64,000 bases of DNA from Octopus vulgaris. Its lineage: Eukaryota. A program made the position numbers and the translations under genes. Of this stretch, positions 24,111-38,117 are shown in pieces. Numbering within the stretch: the stretch's first letter is position 1; each line of letters starts with the position of its first letter. Where the stretch lies: assembly GCA_951406725.2 (NCBI GenBank), contig OX597831.1:72292001-72356000 (forward strand), in the 5' to 3' direction. The notes below the pieces were generated by a model. That model was not told the origin of the DNA, did not search any database, and saw nothing but the letters and a program-made list of their open reading frames with translations.

Positions 24111-24914
24111 TTTTGTATGTATATTTGTGATTTTATTCTAATTCTGAGGATTTTGAGGTTTTAGATTTCCTTTTTTGTTTTGGGGTGTTTGATAAAAAGA
24201 TGTCAAAACGTGGTTTAGGTGGAAAATAGATATTCTTTGTTTTGTGTGGCTGTTTTGCTTTATGTGTTTTTTTTCTCTTTCTATGCCTTTGTGTCTGGGT
24301 ATATTAGTGGAGGCGACTATAATACGAGCTTTGATGTTTGATGTGACTATCGTTGTTGTTGTTAAAGTTATTAATTTCATATACATTTTACTGTTAGCTT
24401 TGTGGGTTTTTATGTTAGTATTTTGTTTATAGTTTTTCTTTTTGTTATTTTCTTGTTTAGTCATTTGATATTTGAGTTTTACTTCGTGGGTGTGTAATTT
24501 TTGATGTTTGAGGCTGTTTTTGGTTTTTACGAGATTGACTATTTCTGATGTGAATTGTGGCTACTTTTGTGAGATATATTTTATTCGCGTCCATATTGAT
24601 GGTACTGTATACAGGGTTGGTGCTGGGGAATGAGGTGAGGTTGAATTCGGAAGACTTTGATCCTGTTTCTTTACCGAACGCAATCCATTGCGCACGTTTG
24701 TGGTCTGTGAAAGTGAAAGCGATTACGTTTTCTTGACTGATGATTTGTGGTTGGTTCGAAGAAAGTTCGGGAATTATTTATCCAAAAGTTGTCGTAGATA
24801 GGTGTAGAGGGTAAAAGTCATATTTGGTGAGGAGCTGTTGTTCTTTTCTCTTTGAAGCTCGCTAAGTTACGGACACATAAACACACCAACACCGGTTGTT
24901 AAGCGGTGTTGGAG

Positions 24915-24969
<55 letters not shown>

Positions 24970-25000
24970 GCACACACACATTCATATATATGTATGTATA

Positions 25001-25745
25001 TAGGGTGTAGCAGAGAGGACGGAGGTTTTTTAAAAAATTCACAAAATCATTAATTTTAGCTGCAAACAAATTTTATTGATATCAATGTGTCCGTATTGAA
25101 TCCGCATTTGCTAAAATCAAGCGTTGAAAGCAACATCCATCATGTGGTGTCCGTTTCCATTGATGCATTTCTGAAGGCGTTCTTGGAAGTTGGCCTCCGC
25201 TCACTCCAGCATTGCTCCGTCGATCTGGGTGAATAGTTTCCTTCAAATTGTACGGAGCTTATGCACAGGCCCAAGGAATGTCAGCAAACCTGGAAAGGAG
25301 GTGGTCACCGATGAGAGAGCAAAGAACGTCCATTGATGCTCTGGCTGTGTCAGCCGTCGCCCCATCCTGCTGAAGCCACATACGTCGAATAGGCATTCGT
25401 TTTCGTCGTAATTCAGGCACAGAGGTGTTGTTTATCATCTCGATGTAACGCTCGGAGTTCACAGTGATAGCATTTCCATTATTGTCTTCAAAAAAGTAAG
25501 GACCAATGACGGCAGCTTTTCCAGCAGCACACTAGACCGGGCTGTGCAGTGGTCTTTCGTGCATTTCTCTAGGATTTTCAAGAGTCCAATAACGACAGTT
25601 CTGTTGATTCACCAAGCCATTAAGATGAACATGAGTTTCATCACTCGTTAACAAAATGAGGTTATCATTTGCCTAAAAAATTGCTTCCATCTGACGTGCG
25701 AAGTTAAGCTGCTGTGCACAGTCCTATGGTTTCAAATGTTGCCAA
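25001..25745 (-). mobile_element. Tc1/mariner-superfamily transposase remnant (catalytic domain) with 3' TIR
   Basis: TSDETHVHLNGLVNQQNCRYW...IGPYFFED...VNSERYIEMI...WLQQDGATADTARASM; TIR-like TAGGGTGTAGCAG at 25001. Confidence 0.82.
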
Positions 25746-25749
25746 TGAC

Positions 25750-27175
25750 CAATATGTACTGGGATGTCTGAGTTCCTGGATGTTGAGTTGTAGGGCACGT
25801 TGAAAGCATATGTCAATTAGTGAAGGTGGGTAGTTCCTGGTGGTGAGTGTATCCTTTAGTTCATGTAGTCGTGTGTCTCTGGTGTTTGCATTAGAAACTA
25901 TAGTACATATCCTTTTTGATAGGTTGAAGGGGATATTTATTCTGGTGTTTCTGGGGTGGCATGAGTTGAACGGTAGATATTGCTTGGAGTCCGTAGGCCT
26001 ATAGTATATATCTGTTTCTATTACGTTGTCAGATTTCTTAATGAGGATGTCGAGGAAGACAAGTTGTTAATGAATATATTCCATCGTGAATTGAATGTTT
26101 ATGTCAAGTCCATTTATAAGTGCTTGGAATTCTTTAAGTTTCTCTATACTTTCATGACAAAGAATGAAACAGTCATCCAGTTATCTCTTCCCGTTATTTT
26201 CTATGTACAGGGAGCATGGGCTGCCGTATTTTTCTAGAACCTTACGATAAAGACTAATTTCTAGATAACCCATGACTAGGTTAGCAAAGGAGGGGGCCAT
26301 TCTCGTACCCATCGCAGTCCCTGATTTTTGTCAATAGAAGTTGTAACGAACTTAATGTGAGCGAATATCTTCTCTTGTACTTTCGGGGTACAAGAAAGCA
26401 ATCACTAGCCGTTGCTTTAATAATCCAGAATTCTACCAGTCAGAAACAACAAGACGCAGACGTAAAAGATATATATACTACTTTATTCTCTTTCTTGGTA
26501 ACAGTAACAATAAGTGTGTTATCTGATGTCCTTGGTTCTGGGCGCGCAAGGCTGAAAGTTAATCGATTGTAATATTTACAATGTTCAGCCGCCATAAACA
26601 GAACGGGTCAAAAATGGCGTCCGGGTGAAGAAGATGATTTGACTGCAACAATTTGGTTAAAGGCATTCGGCCGACTGCTGCTAGAATCAAGTCCTGACGG
26701 AGAGAGAATATACGTGACCGTTGCCTTCGATAGCCATGTCTCAAAGTCCCGCTGCTGCTGCTAGCGGTCAAACGTTCTACCACCCCCTTGCCTCGCTAAC
26801 TGCTACGTAGGCAATAGGGTTCTTCTTCCGGTGCTTCGCGCATGCGCGAGAGGGCCCTTCCTTTCTGTGCCTTGGTGAAGGCACCAACACTCGCACGCGC
26901 GAAATAGAAAATGGACGGTGCGCGCGCGCACCGTTGTAGGATCACTACAAAGTTGTCTTTGAAGACGAAGTAGTTATTCTCCAAGATGAATAGCCTTCTG
27001 TCAATAAATTCTTTTTTGATGCGATGTGGGAGTTCGTTGGCGTAATTCTCTAGCCAGAATTGAATTGCTTCTATTCATAGGTTGCGGGGGATATTGGAAT
27101 ACAGTTTGACTACATCGAAGGATACTAGTAGGATGTTTTTGTTTATTGTTTCAGGAAGGTGACTGAGCATTGAGC
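25750..27175 (-). mobile_element. Penelope-like RT remnant (same group as 6431), split by a solo LTR
   Basis: LVSFDVVKLYSNIP...ILENNYFVFKDNF | Y...KSGTAMGTRMAPSFANLVMGYLE...LDDCFI. Confidence 0.85.
26342..26949. mobile_element. solo LTR (608 bp, TG...CA, 4-bp TSD)
   Basis: TGTAACGA...TCACTACA flanked by AAGT on both sides; removing it restores the PLE reading FVFKDNFY. Confidence 0.85.
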
Positions 27176-27952
27176 ATATCCAGGTCGGGCTTCTTGATAT
27201 ATATATATATATATATATACATATATCAAGAAGCCCGTCGTATATATTGCCGTTTCCGTCTACCAAATCCACTCACAAAGCTCTGGTCTCCAGGAGGCTG
27301 TAGTAGAAGACACTTGCTTTCGGTACGACTCAGAAGGACTGAACTCGGAACCATGTGGTTTGGAAGTAAACTACTTACCACACAGCCACCCCTGTTAAGT
27401 AAATTTTGTTTGTGTGTCGGTGTGAAACGTTTGCCACGTAAAGTACGTTTAGTCTGAATGATATTACGTCAATCCTCTTGTTATCTGCACTGTTTGAAGA
27501 CCCAGTAGCGGTGTTTATGAAATTGTTAGTGTGCTCTAGTTAGTGAATGTAATATGACGTGAAGGACTGTAATGTCGGTGGTAATATACTGCAGGACCAA
27601 TGTCCGAAACTTTAGGACACTCTTTTGCATTCTCTAAACTTACAAATACTTTGGTCTAAATTCACCAGTTCACTTTTTCGAACTTGCTCCCTCTTCTTGC
27701 ATGCTCCAGAATTACATGTCATGTCTTTCTACAGCTCATTTTCCCCTTCTCCTCGCAATCCCACCTACATCGTCCCCCCACCCACTGCCATTCCCACTAC
27801 CCACAACTAACCTCTCTCTACCCTCCACTCACACACACTAACACAACCTCCACTTATATACACCTCGCTCCTATACGTATCCACACCTTTCTCTTTAAAT
27901 GCACATACATACTCATATACATACATCTACATTCATCTACCACCTTCTCTTT

Positions 27953-27983
<31 letters not shown>

Positions 27984-28539
27984 TACACACACACACACTT
28001 TTCTACACTTGGAAATTCCTTGTTTTGACCAGCACCTTTGTTTCACCCCTTTCTTCTCTTCCACCAATCACTTCTGCTTGACCGCTACACACTCATTAAC
28101 TCACCCAAATGCAACATCTTCCTTGTTGTTCCTTTTTACTTATGCATACATTTCTTTTAATAATCAATTTTTATTCCCTCTTCCTTTTCCATTTACCATT
28201 TTCTTTCTTTCTGATCAGCACCGTGTCCATAACAACGTTAGGTCTTTCTCCTTGATCAAACAATTTTCATCTATTTCATCGTCTTCTTGTATTGTCCTTG
28301 GTCACTCATTACCAACTTCAGAATATTTTGCCAATTAACATTTTCTTTGACTTTTCTTTTTGTCCCGGAGTTCACAGATTTTCTCTCATTTAAAAAAAAA
28401 TTTCCTTTAAACTTTCCTTCTTTGTATCGCAGTCACACGCCAAAAATATTTCCCTCTCTCACCTTATTTCCTTTTATCAAGCACTCGCAGACACATCAAT
28501 AACATCGGAATCAGAATCAATCGACACTATTTGTCACAA

Positions 28540-28926
28540 GGAGGCGCAATGGCCCAGTGGTTAGGGCAGCGGACTCGCGGTCGTAGGATCGCGGTTTCGA
28601 TTCCCAGACCGGGCGTTGTGAGTGTTTATTGAGCGAAAACACCTAAAGCTCCACGAGGCTCCGGCAGAGGATGGTGGTGATCCCTGCTGTACTCTTTCAC
28701 GACAACTTTCTCTCACTCTTACTTCCTGTTTCTGTTGTACCTGTATTTCAAAGGGCCGGCCTTGTCACACTCTGTGTCACGCTGAATATCCCCGAGAACT
28801 ACGTTGAGATTAAAAGGTGTCTGTGGAGTGCTCAGCCACTTACACGTTAATTTCACGAGCAGGCTGTTCCGTTGATCGAATCAACCGGAACCCTCGTCGT
28901 CGTAACCGACGGAGTGCTTACATCCC
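28540..28926 (+). mobile_element. SINE family C (tRNA-Arg-like head)
   Basis: GGAGGCGCAATGGCCCAGTGGTTAGGGCAGCGGACTCGCGG...GGTTTCGATTCC; TSD ATTTGTCACAA at 28529-28539 and 28927-28937. Confidence 0.92.
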
Positions 28927-29529
28927 ATTTGTCACAAATAAACAAAAAGAAGCTCAGCAGATAACCTGGGACGCATTTTGAACTTTTGCAACTTCTTCTG
29001 CGGAGCTTAATTTCTTTCTGATTTTTTGAAGTGCTTGCAAATATCTCATTTCCCAAACTAAGTGGTATACTTGTTGATAATGAATTAAATTTACCTTGAA
29101 TGGTTATCTACAATTTAATTTAAAAGTTCTGTAAATAAAAGCATATGTATGATCAGAATATCAATTAGCTCAAGTATATTTATTCACAGATATGATATCA
29201 GTCGATGATTATTTTGCTCGTTTTTTTTTTTATTTTTAATTTTTAAATCTTATTTTATCAGTAAGTACAAGAGACAACTGCAGAAAAATAAGGATTTCTC
29301 ATATGTGCCGTATCTCAAAACCAGAGTGGCGCGGGAGTCGAGTAAATAGACTGTTGTATGATACTTAAATGGTATTTTATTTTATCAATCCCGGGAGATG
29401 AGAGGAAAAGTTCAACCATGTAGGGTTTGAACTCAGAGCAAGAAGATCAGTAGCTAAATAACGCACGATATTTCGACAGTTGTAACAATTTTGCCAAGTC
29501 ACTTCCCTCAGGTATCGAATTCTTTATTC

Positions 29530-29975
29530 TTTCTTTCTACTCTAGGTACAGGACCTTAAATTTTGGGGAAGGGTATTAATCGAATACATTGACATCAGTG
29601 CTCAGCTGGTACTTATTTTAGCGACCTCGAACGGACAATAAGCAAAGTAGGCCTCGGCTTGAATTTGAACTCAGAACATAAAGCCGGAAAGAAATATACT
29701 AAGCATATTGTCTGGCGTGTTGACAATTCTGCTTGCTCACCGTTTTGTGAAGTACCCAATATCCTTTCTACTAAAGGCAGAAGGCCTGAAATTTTGAAGG
29801 AGGGAACTAATCGATTACATCGACCCCAGTGTTTGAATGGTACTTAATTTATCGAGCCTGAAAGGATGAAATGAAAAGTCGACCTCGACGGAATTTGAAC
29901 TCGGAACCTAAAGACAGACGAAGCAGCATTAAGCATTTTGCCTGGCGTGCAAACGATTCTGCCAGCTCGTCGTCT
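29530..29975 (-). mobile_element. two diverged SINE B copies
   Basis: Reverse-complement core and head motifs (gaatttgaactc, gaaaggatgaaa). Confidence 0.7.
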
Positions 29976-30002
29976 TGTGAGGTACCTAATATCTACAGTT
30001 GG

Positions 30003-30387
30003 GTGGAGGCGCAATGGCCCAGTGGTTAGGGCAGCGGACTCGCGGTCATAGGATCGCAGTTTCGATTCCCAGACCGGGCGTTGTGAGTGTTTATTGAGCG
30101 AAAACACCTAAAGCTCCACGAGGCTCCGGCAGGGGATGGTGGTGATCCCTGCTGTACTCTTTCACCACAACTTCCTCTCACTCTTACTTCCTGTTTCTGT
30201 TGTACCTGTATTTCAAAGGGCCGGCCTTGTCACTCTCTGTGTCACGCTGAATATCCCCGAGAACTACGTTAAGGGTACACATGTCTGTGGAGTGCTCAGC
30301 CACTTGCACGTTAATTTCACGCGCAGGTTGTTCCGTTGATTCGGATCAACCAGAACCCTCGCCGTCGTAACCGACGGAGTGCTTCCC
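30003..30387 (+). mobile_element. SINE family C
   Basis: Highly similar to the 28540 copy; TSD ATCTACAGTTGG at 29991-30002 and 30388-30399. Confidence 0.92.
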
Positions 30388-30754
30388 ATCTACAGTTGGA
30401 GAACTTTTGGTAAAAAAAAATGTAGCTGCTTAAATCTTAAATTTGCTAAGAACTTGACCTGGCCTTGGTCTATTGATTCCTAACGAATGAATTACAAAGC
30501 AGAATATAAACTGCATAAGGGCTGAATCTAAATACTGCCTGAGGTATTTTGTCAGCTTCTGGCAATTCCGCTAATTTCCATTAGTCATCAACTAGCTGTG
30601 ACAGTACCGTCTTTTTGCTAGGTTCAGCACAACCAGGACTGATCTTTTTTTTCTCTTTTTTAGGACAGTTGGGTGATTCGACGGAGATTTGTTTGTTTCA
30701 AGCGAATACTTCAAGACTCCTTTCCAAGATCACCCAGTTCGGCGACACCAATAG

Positions 30755-31450
<696 letters not shown>

Positions 31451-31680
31451 AAGATGGCTGTAGTATTGGTTTAGGAGGACATTGTTGTGTCTAACATCAC
31501 CATCACATCACCACCACCACCACCATCGCTCCTAAGACGACGACCAACACCACCACCACCACCACGGCTCCCAGTCTATGTATCTTTCTGTCTGTCTGTC
31601 TTTATGTATGTATGTTTGTCGGTCTTTCTATCTGTCTGTTATCTTGTAGTCTCTATCTCTCTGATTATATGCCCATACGT

Positions 31681-31728
<48 letters not shown>

Positions 31729-31736
31729 AAGTACCT

Positions 31737-31967
31737 ATTTCTTTACTACCCACAAGGGGCTAAACACAGAGGAGACAAACAAGGACAGACGAAGGGATTA
31801 AGTCGATTACATCGACCCCAGTGCGTAAGTGGTACTTTATTTATCGACCCCGAAAGGATGAAAGGCAAAGTCAACCTCGGCGGAATTTGAACTCAGAACG
31901 TAACGGCAGATGAAATACGGCTACGCATTTCGCCCGGCCTGCTAACGTTTCTGCCAGCTCGCCGCCT
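31737..31967 (-). mobile_element. SINE family B
   Basis: Full copy; TSD CACACGTAAGTACCT. Confidence 0.9.
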
Positions 31968-32276
31968 TACTCACACGTAAGTACCTGAATGCAAACAACA
32001 TAAGTGCATATATATATATATATATATATATGTGTGGTGGCGACAAACCTTTCGTTCTCTTTATGAATTGTAGTTCCATTTTGTTGTTTCAATTGTGCAT
32101 TCTTTTATTGTTTAGTGGGCGCAAGGCTTTTGTAGACACAAACATCATTTTTGCGATATCAAATAACAGATCTAAAAGTGATGCACAGTTACACTTTTTT
32201 TTTTGCACGTATGCAGATAAATTTGCTTGACGACTATTATTATAAGTATGTATTATAAGTATTATTATAAGTATTT

Positions 32277-32508
32277 AGGTGGCGAGCTGGCAGAAACGTT
32301 AGCACGCCGGACAAAATGCGTAGCCGTATTTCGTCTGTCGTTACGTTCTGAGTTCAAATTCCACCGAGGTCGACTTTGCCTTTCATCCTTTCGGGGTCGA
32401 TAAATATAGTACCAGTTTCCAACTGAGGTCGATTTAATCGACCTAATCCCTTTGTCTGTCCTTGTTTGTCCCCTCTATGTTTAGCCCCTTGTGGGTAATA
32501 AAGAAATA
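32277..32508 (+). mobile_element. SINE family B
   Basis: Full copy; TSD TATTATAAGTAT. Confidence 0.9.
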
Positions 32509-33035
32509 TATTATAAGTATGTTCATTGGTTAAAATGGCTTGAATAGGAAAGCCGCTGACTATTCTCTGCGTGGTTTTGCATTAGTAAAAGTTTGGGCAA
32601 CATTCACGTTCTTAAACTGAAATTCGACCGAGATCAGATTTGCATTCAGCGCTTCGCTTGTCCAAAGCATTTCCATAAGTTTGTCTTGAGTTCCATGCTT
32701 GTTTTCAGACTCTTAGTTCGCCATTGCTTCATACATTCTGAGTAACATAAAGCTTCCCTTTCAAACGACCCAAGTTACTCTAGCGGTTGAAAAAAAAATG
32801 GTATCATATATAATGCATGGACACCTGGGAATTATAACCTGTATATCACATGTGATACACACGATAAAATAAAGATAAAAGAATCAGTCAAATACAGGAC
32901 AGATCTGTATTCCTATATTGCACTCCTGATGTAAACGGAACGATAATAAAAGGCTAAAATTACATCGTAATATTAGTCTTGACTCTAAGGTAGCATGCGG
33001 GCAAAACCGTTAAGCACACCGGGCAAAATGCTTAG

Positions 33036-33108
<73 letters not shown>

Positions 33109-33109
<1 letters not shown>

Positions 33110-33226
33110 TGGCCTGCTAGCTTAGCCAGCGGGGTGGCGTCATTCGAAGGCTAAAACAATGCGAACGCATTGTGACCAGCGATGTGTAAAACATCTGATG
33201 GTCTGGTCGGTCACGTGATCACGTGA
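33109..33226. repeat. second copy of the ~120-nt structured element, in (TA)n
   Basis: Reverse complement of 16425-16547 with a few differences. Confidence 0.8.
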
Positions 33227-33355
<129 letters not shown>

Positions 33356-33850
33356 ATATATATGTATATATATGTATGTATGTATGCATGTATGTATGTA
33401 TGTATGTATGCATGTATATGCAAATGTATGATTTTTCTTTGAGTTTTAGTTAGGTTCTTTTTTATTTATTTATGTATGTATGTACTTTTCTGTCTCTTTT
33501 AAAAGTTTATAGTAAATTTTGACCGACCACCTACTTGGTAGCAACGCTATGAAGGAAAGTATGTTGTTTTAATCAACATCCTTTACATCTTAAGAAAGTC
33601 TTGTAGATATTTATAGTCCCAGATATCGTTATCATTTGTAGCTTTTGAATTAAGGATTTGCATTCTCTCCCTCAAGATCCAAAATTCAGCTATACTTTGC
33701 TTCAAACGGGTTCGTATATATCCTGTTGCTCCAATGATAAAAATAGATATAAAGCTGAAAGTGTATCTTGGATAGCGGATTTGCAAACTCCTTATTAATG
33801 GTCCATAGATGTCCTCTTTCTCTTCTATTTTTCGAATCACATTGGTGCCT

Positions 33851-35720
33851 GAAGGACAATTCGCCGTAGGACAACCGGCCGTAGCACTATTCGCCGTAAG
33901 ACAATTTACCATTCGAATATTTCACTCCAAAAACATTTTGTAGTAAAGCAAAAGAATAGGATAAAAAATAAAAATAAAAGCAATAAAGGTCATACACTTT
34001 ATCTAAAATTTAAGCGAAAAAACTAAAAGGCTAAAAATCATGTAAGTTCATTGAACTTGCGCGCAAATAATGTTGTTTTCGATTTTGATCGGTACCTCTG
34101 ACAATGCTTAGTATGCGCTTATAAACATCTTTGTATTTTTTCTTGGTTGAAGTTTCTCTTGCTGTATCGGTTGCTTTCTTTTTAGAAAGAGATTCTTCAT
34201 TTCTCAAGACATTGATAAGTTTCCATCAGTTTGGATGAGTATCTGTAACAGATGCTTGCAGCGCATTATGGAAACCTTCTACTCCATTGCTGGTGTTTGT
34301 CAGCCGATTTAGAGTTCTTTCATACACATTCCAAAGACCGATTGGAAAAGTACGAGGAACTCTACGTCTATGAGCTCCCCTGCGTCTCTCCCCACCAATG
34401 TAATGCATTTCAAAATATGTCACAAGTTCTTGTGGCAAGTCATCATCATCCACAAGCTCTATAAATGCATCGATGATGTCTGGAGAGGGGAAGAATCCAA
34501 GTGCCATAAGACACTTTACGCTTGTGTGTTAAAATTACCATCAGTTTAATATCTCACCTAGTCCAATACCAATCACCTTTCTGTAAACATTTTTACAGAA
34601 ATGAAAAAAAAACAAAAAAAAAACAGCCTGTTACATTTGCAGACGGAAAATTGTCAGAAAAACTTAGAAAACAATCTTGTTCAAAGTCAATCATTAGATT
34701 TTCAGGTCTTGGGGACTCAAGCAAATCTTTGACCTTTAAAAATAAAATATTATATGTGTCAAGAGTCTTATTCGGAAGGAGACCGTATTTTCGTGAGATG
34801 CATGGATGTCCTATGTTGACATGCAAATTATATAACTGATAATAAATTTCAGAACAAATCTTAAATGTTCCATCGCATGCTCAATCCTTATGTATTTCTA
34901 GATCGTGCAACCCTGCAATCGCACCAAAAATCAACATTCTGTTTTAGTCTTCCACCCCGCTATCGTAGAGTAAAAATCTTTCTCTGTTCTGTAGAATTCT
35001 TCGGGAATTACACAGCCGATTCTTCATCTAGTTACAGGTGGGAACTTTTCTTCCTCTTGTTTCCATCTTTTAATGTTTATTGATAATCTTGAAGTTGATG
35101 ACATAAGCGAGCGTCCCCCCCCCATGTGCGACACCAATCAAAGATCTTGAAGCTAAATGGTATTTAAGTGCATTTTCATTCATATTTGCTATTGCTTCTT
35201 GCATTTTTGATTGACTAGAATTCGATGGATGTGTTCGCTCACTTACAATTTTACAAATAGAAATCGCTTCACTATTCGGTTTTGTATGAACTTTTGATTT
35301 ACAGTTTATATCAACACACTTCTAATAGACCTTGCCTCCATATTTTATTTCTTGCCTATAAATAAAGTTAGCATCATCTATGAGCTTATCACAACCTCTG
35401 CTGCTTTTAATAGTGTACAGCATCGTAAGGGTTTAAGGTTCAACTTTAAAGAAAAATTATGTAAATAATATAAACGGTCAAGGTAACCACTAAAAAAAAC
35501 TTTTTGCTTTTGAATTTTCAAGATAAGCTTGTTATCTTTAAATAAAGGTTAAACGACCTTTCTGCTTTTAAATTCTCATTTCAGCAATTAACGATGCAGT
35601 TTCAAATTTAAACTACCTTTCTGTTTTAAAATTATCATTTTAGCAATTACAGAAAATGACTGTTGTAAATACTATTCCTTTACCTACCTTATTTAATTAA
35701 CGATGCAATTTCGAGTTTAT
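33851..35720 (-). mobile_element. Mutator-like (MULE, Phantom-type) transposon remnant
   Basis: FLYWCH-like N-terminus from ATG 35423 (KSSRGCDKLIDD...C...C...EHTH), YGLLPNKTLDTY...LMIDFE...VTGCFF, TSNGVEGFHNAL; terminal 15-bp repeats GGACAATTCGCCGTA at 33853-33910. Confidence 0.85.
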
Positions 35721-35744
35721 CTGTTTATGGCCTGACACACACAA

Positions 35745-36660
35745 CATTATTTACAATTGACGGATATTTGTTCTTATCTTGTTTGTTGTTAACACAACGT
35801 TTCGTTTGATATACTCTCCAGCCTTCTTCAGGTGTCTTGGAGAAATTTCGAATCAGGGTATTTTTCAATGTTATTATTATTATTATTATTGTTGAGGTCA
35901 CTGCTTGAGATTGAACTCGGAATCTTAGTAGCCCGCGATCTTAACCATTACGCCATATGCTCGTGGGCAATTATGGAGTGAATTTTAGGGCTTATAAATC
36001 TAATATTCTCCTATCCTTCCTTAATACTGGTTCCCATATGCTGTTCATATCTGCACTCAGTCTGCTTAAGAGGTTGTTGTGTCCTAGCATATGTGCTGCT
36101 TCTTTTAGTTTTCGTATTTTCCAGTGGTGTTCTCTGTCTATTATTTTAACTTCAACCCACAGGGGGAGGTGGTGTCCATTTTTCCATACACAATCAGCTA
36201 TACCCGATTTACCAATATCTCCTCGTGTCACAGCTTTGCGATGTTCGTCTACCTTATTTTGAGGAGGCGGCATGTTTCACCTTTGTATAACCTACCACAG
36301 CTGCATGGGATGGAGTACACGCTGTATTTGGTCATATTCTCTTCTATTGGTGGTTTTACTCGAAGGAAATATTTGCGAAGTGTTGTATTACTCTTGAATA
36401 CTGTCCTGATGTCATATGGGCCGCATATCCTTTGTATCTTTTCAGAGAGGCCTTTCACATAGGGTAGACAGACTGTGGACAGTTTGTTGGCCTCATCCTC
36501 TCTCTCTTCTTTATAATTGGATTGGACAGTATACTTTTGGGGTAGTTGTTGCTTTTTGAGCTTGATCATTTCTTCGTGGTGTGTATCACGATCACTACTT
36601 AAATAATGTAAATAATGTAAATAATGTACATAATTCCTCATCTCTTAAATATGGAACTGT
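35745..36660 (-). mobile_element. Penelope-like element 3' fragment (GIY-YIG + pLTR + inverted end)
   Basis: LPYVKGLSEKIQRI...VYSIPCSCGRLYKGETCRLLKIR..EHRKAV...SGIAD...RKLKEA; HHR-like motif at 35792-35835; inverted pLTR piece at 36601-36658. Confidence 0.9.
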
Positions 36661-37319
36661 AACACACAACAATATTTGGTCGGGTATTTTAGCTTCGTGG
36701 CTGTCTTAACTTTTAGGTTCTACTAATATTTTTATCGTCTCTGGGTGTTTTCTCTTTTCTTATTCTGTTCCAGATCGTTGTAGCCACTGCATCATGCCTC
36801 ATGGACAGAAAAAATATATGGAAGACATTCTCCCAGATTTTGCAACAATGTGGTGGATGTGTTCAGGCTGTCTAGGTTCTCTGCCTTTTATGCTGTAGGT
36901 ACTTGGTGGGGGTCTGATTTTTGGCTTTGCGTGGAGGTAACCTTCAAAAGGATGTCATAAACTTCTCGGTATTCAATGCGATGCTTTTGACATGAACAGT
37001 CTCTTCTATGATTCGTATTCTTTCGTGCCGAGTATCCAATTTTTTACCAGTTGTTCTGATAAACAGATTTCGACTAATGCTTTTTGGGGAGAGATCTCGA
37101 TAAGTTCTTATTCCATATATCTCCTCAATTTAATTGGCAATCATAAGTATGTTATTGATTACATGGTCGCAAACTTGGGCAAAGTAGTTATTGGTCTCTT
37201 CCTCTGGCTGCAGATGTTTCAGAGTAATAATACGTGCTTGAGTTCTATATTTAAGCGATGAGGAATTATTTACATTATTTACATTCGGCAGATATTTGTC
37301 CTCATCTTGTTTGTTGTTT

Positions 37320-37363
37320 ACACAACGTTTCGGCTTATATACCCTCCAGCCTTCTTCAGGTGT
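37320..37363 (-). ncRNA. minimal hammerhead ribozyme motif
   Basis: ACAC-CTGAAGA-A-GGCT..AGCC-GAAA-CG-TT-GTGT. Confidence 0.65.
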
Positions 37364-37412
37364 CTTGGGGGAAATTTCGAACCTGGGTTCTCATTCCTAA
37401 GGTATTTTTCGA

Positions 37413-37500
<88 letters not shown>

Positions 37501-38022
37501 GAGTGAGAGAGCAGTGCATGCCATCAAAGTGACACTAGGGTAAAATATACGAAGCCCAGTATACCCATCATGACTACCTGTCTGATAAGGGTACACTAGA
37601 CACATGCATTACAACCATATGTGCGCGACATGGTGATTTCATATTAAGCTAAACAGCACATGATCTTGCATGTGGGGCCCAGTTAGAATTTTCTTCAGGT
37701 CGAGTAGCCCATCCTGCTCAAAAGATCCCTGAATAAGGATTGTTTAAGGATGTTGAACGAAACACCCATGTTTCCGAAGGTGAACTATTCAAACCCCAAA
37801 GAATCCCTCTCAACACATGGCTATGATGCTCCCTCGCTACTTCTGCTCGTGATCAGAGATGCACATATCGTCAGCCACTAAGGGACATGCTCAACTGGTT
37901 AAGGTCAAACAACTGACAAGCAAATCTGTGGTATTGAACAGAATATTTGCTGTAGCCCATCTTTTATACCAAGACAAAACAATGTACATGATAACACTTC
38001 CAATCAGTTAAGATCAGGAGCC
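37501..38022. repeat. 522-bp unclassified insert flanked by (ATT)n on both sides, possibly a LINE 3' UTR
   Basis: Sharp boundaries with ATT tracts; no coding signal seen. Confidence 0.4.

Positions 38023-38116
<94 letters not shown>

Positions 38117-38117
<1 letters not shown>

Larger units (their letters stand above)
21600..24840 (-). mobile_element. old Jockey/I-like LINE remnant, interrupted by (AGGT)n, SINE B copies and a small MITE
   Basis: [20 protein letters not shown] at ~22780-22845, with a QGSVL-like segment upstream; boundaries approximate. Confidence 0.55.

Noticed and set aside
27555-27616. Hammerhead remnant (GTGAAGGAC...GTCCGAAAC)
   Set aside because: Helix II and GAAA are present but the core and helix III are too degenerate to support a call.
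28540-28615. tRNA genes (also 30005, 61364, 19276)
   Set aside because: tRNA-like heads continue into SINE bodies, several with TSDs; no complete acceptor stem.
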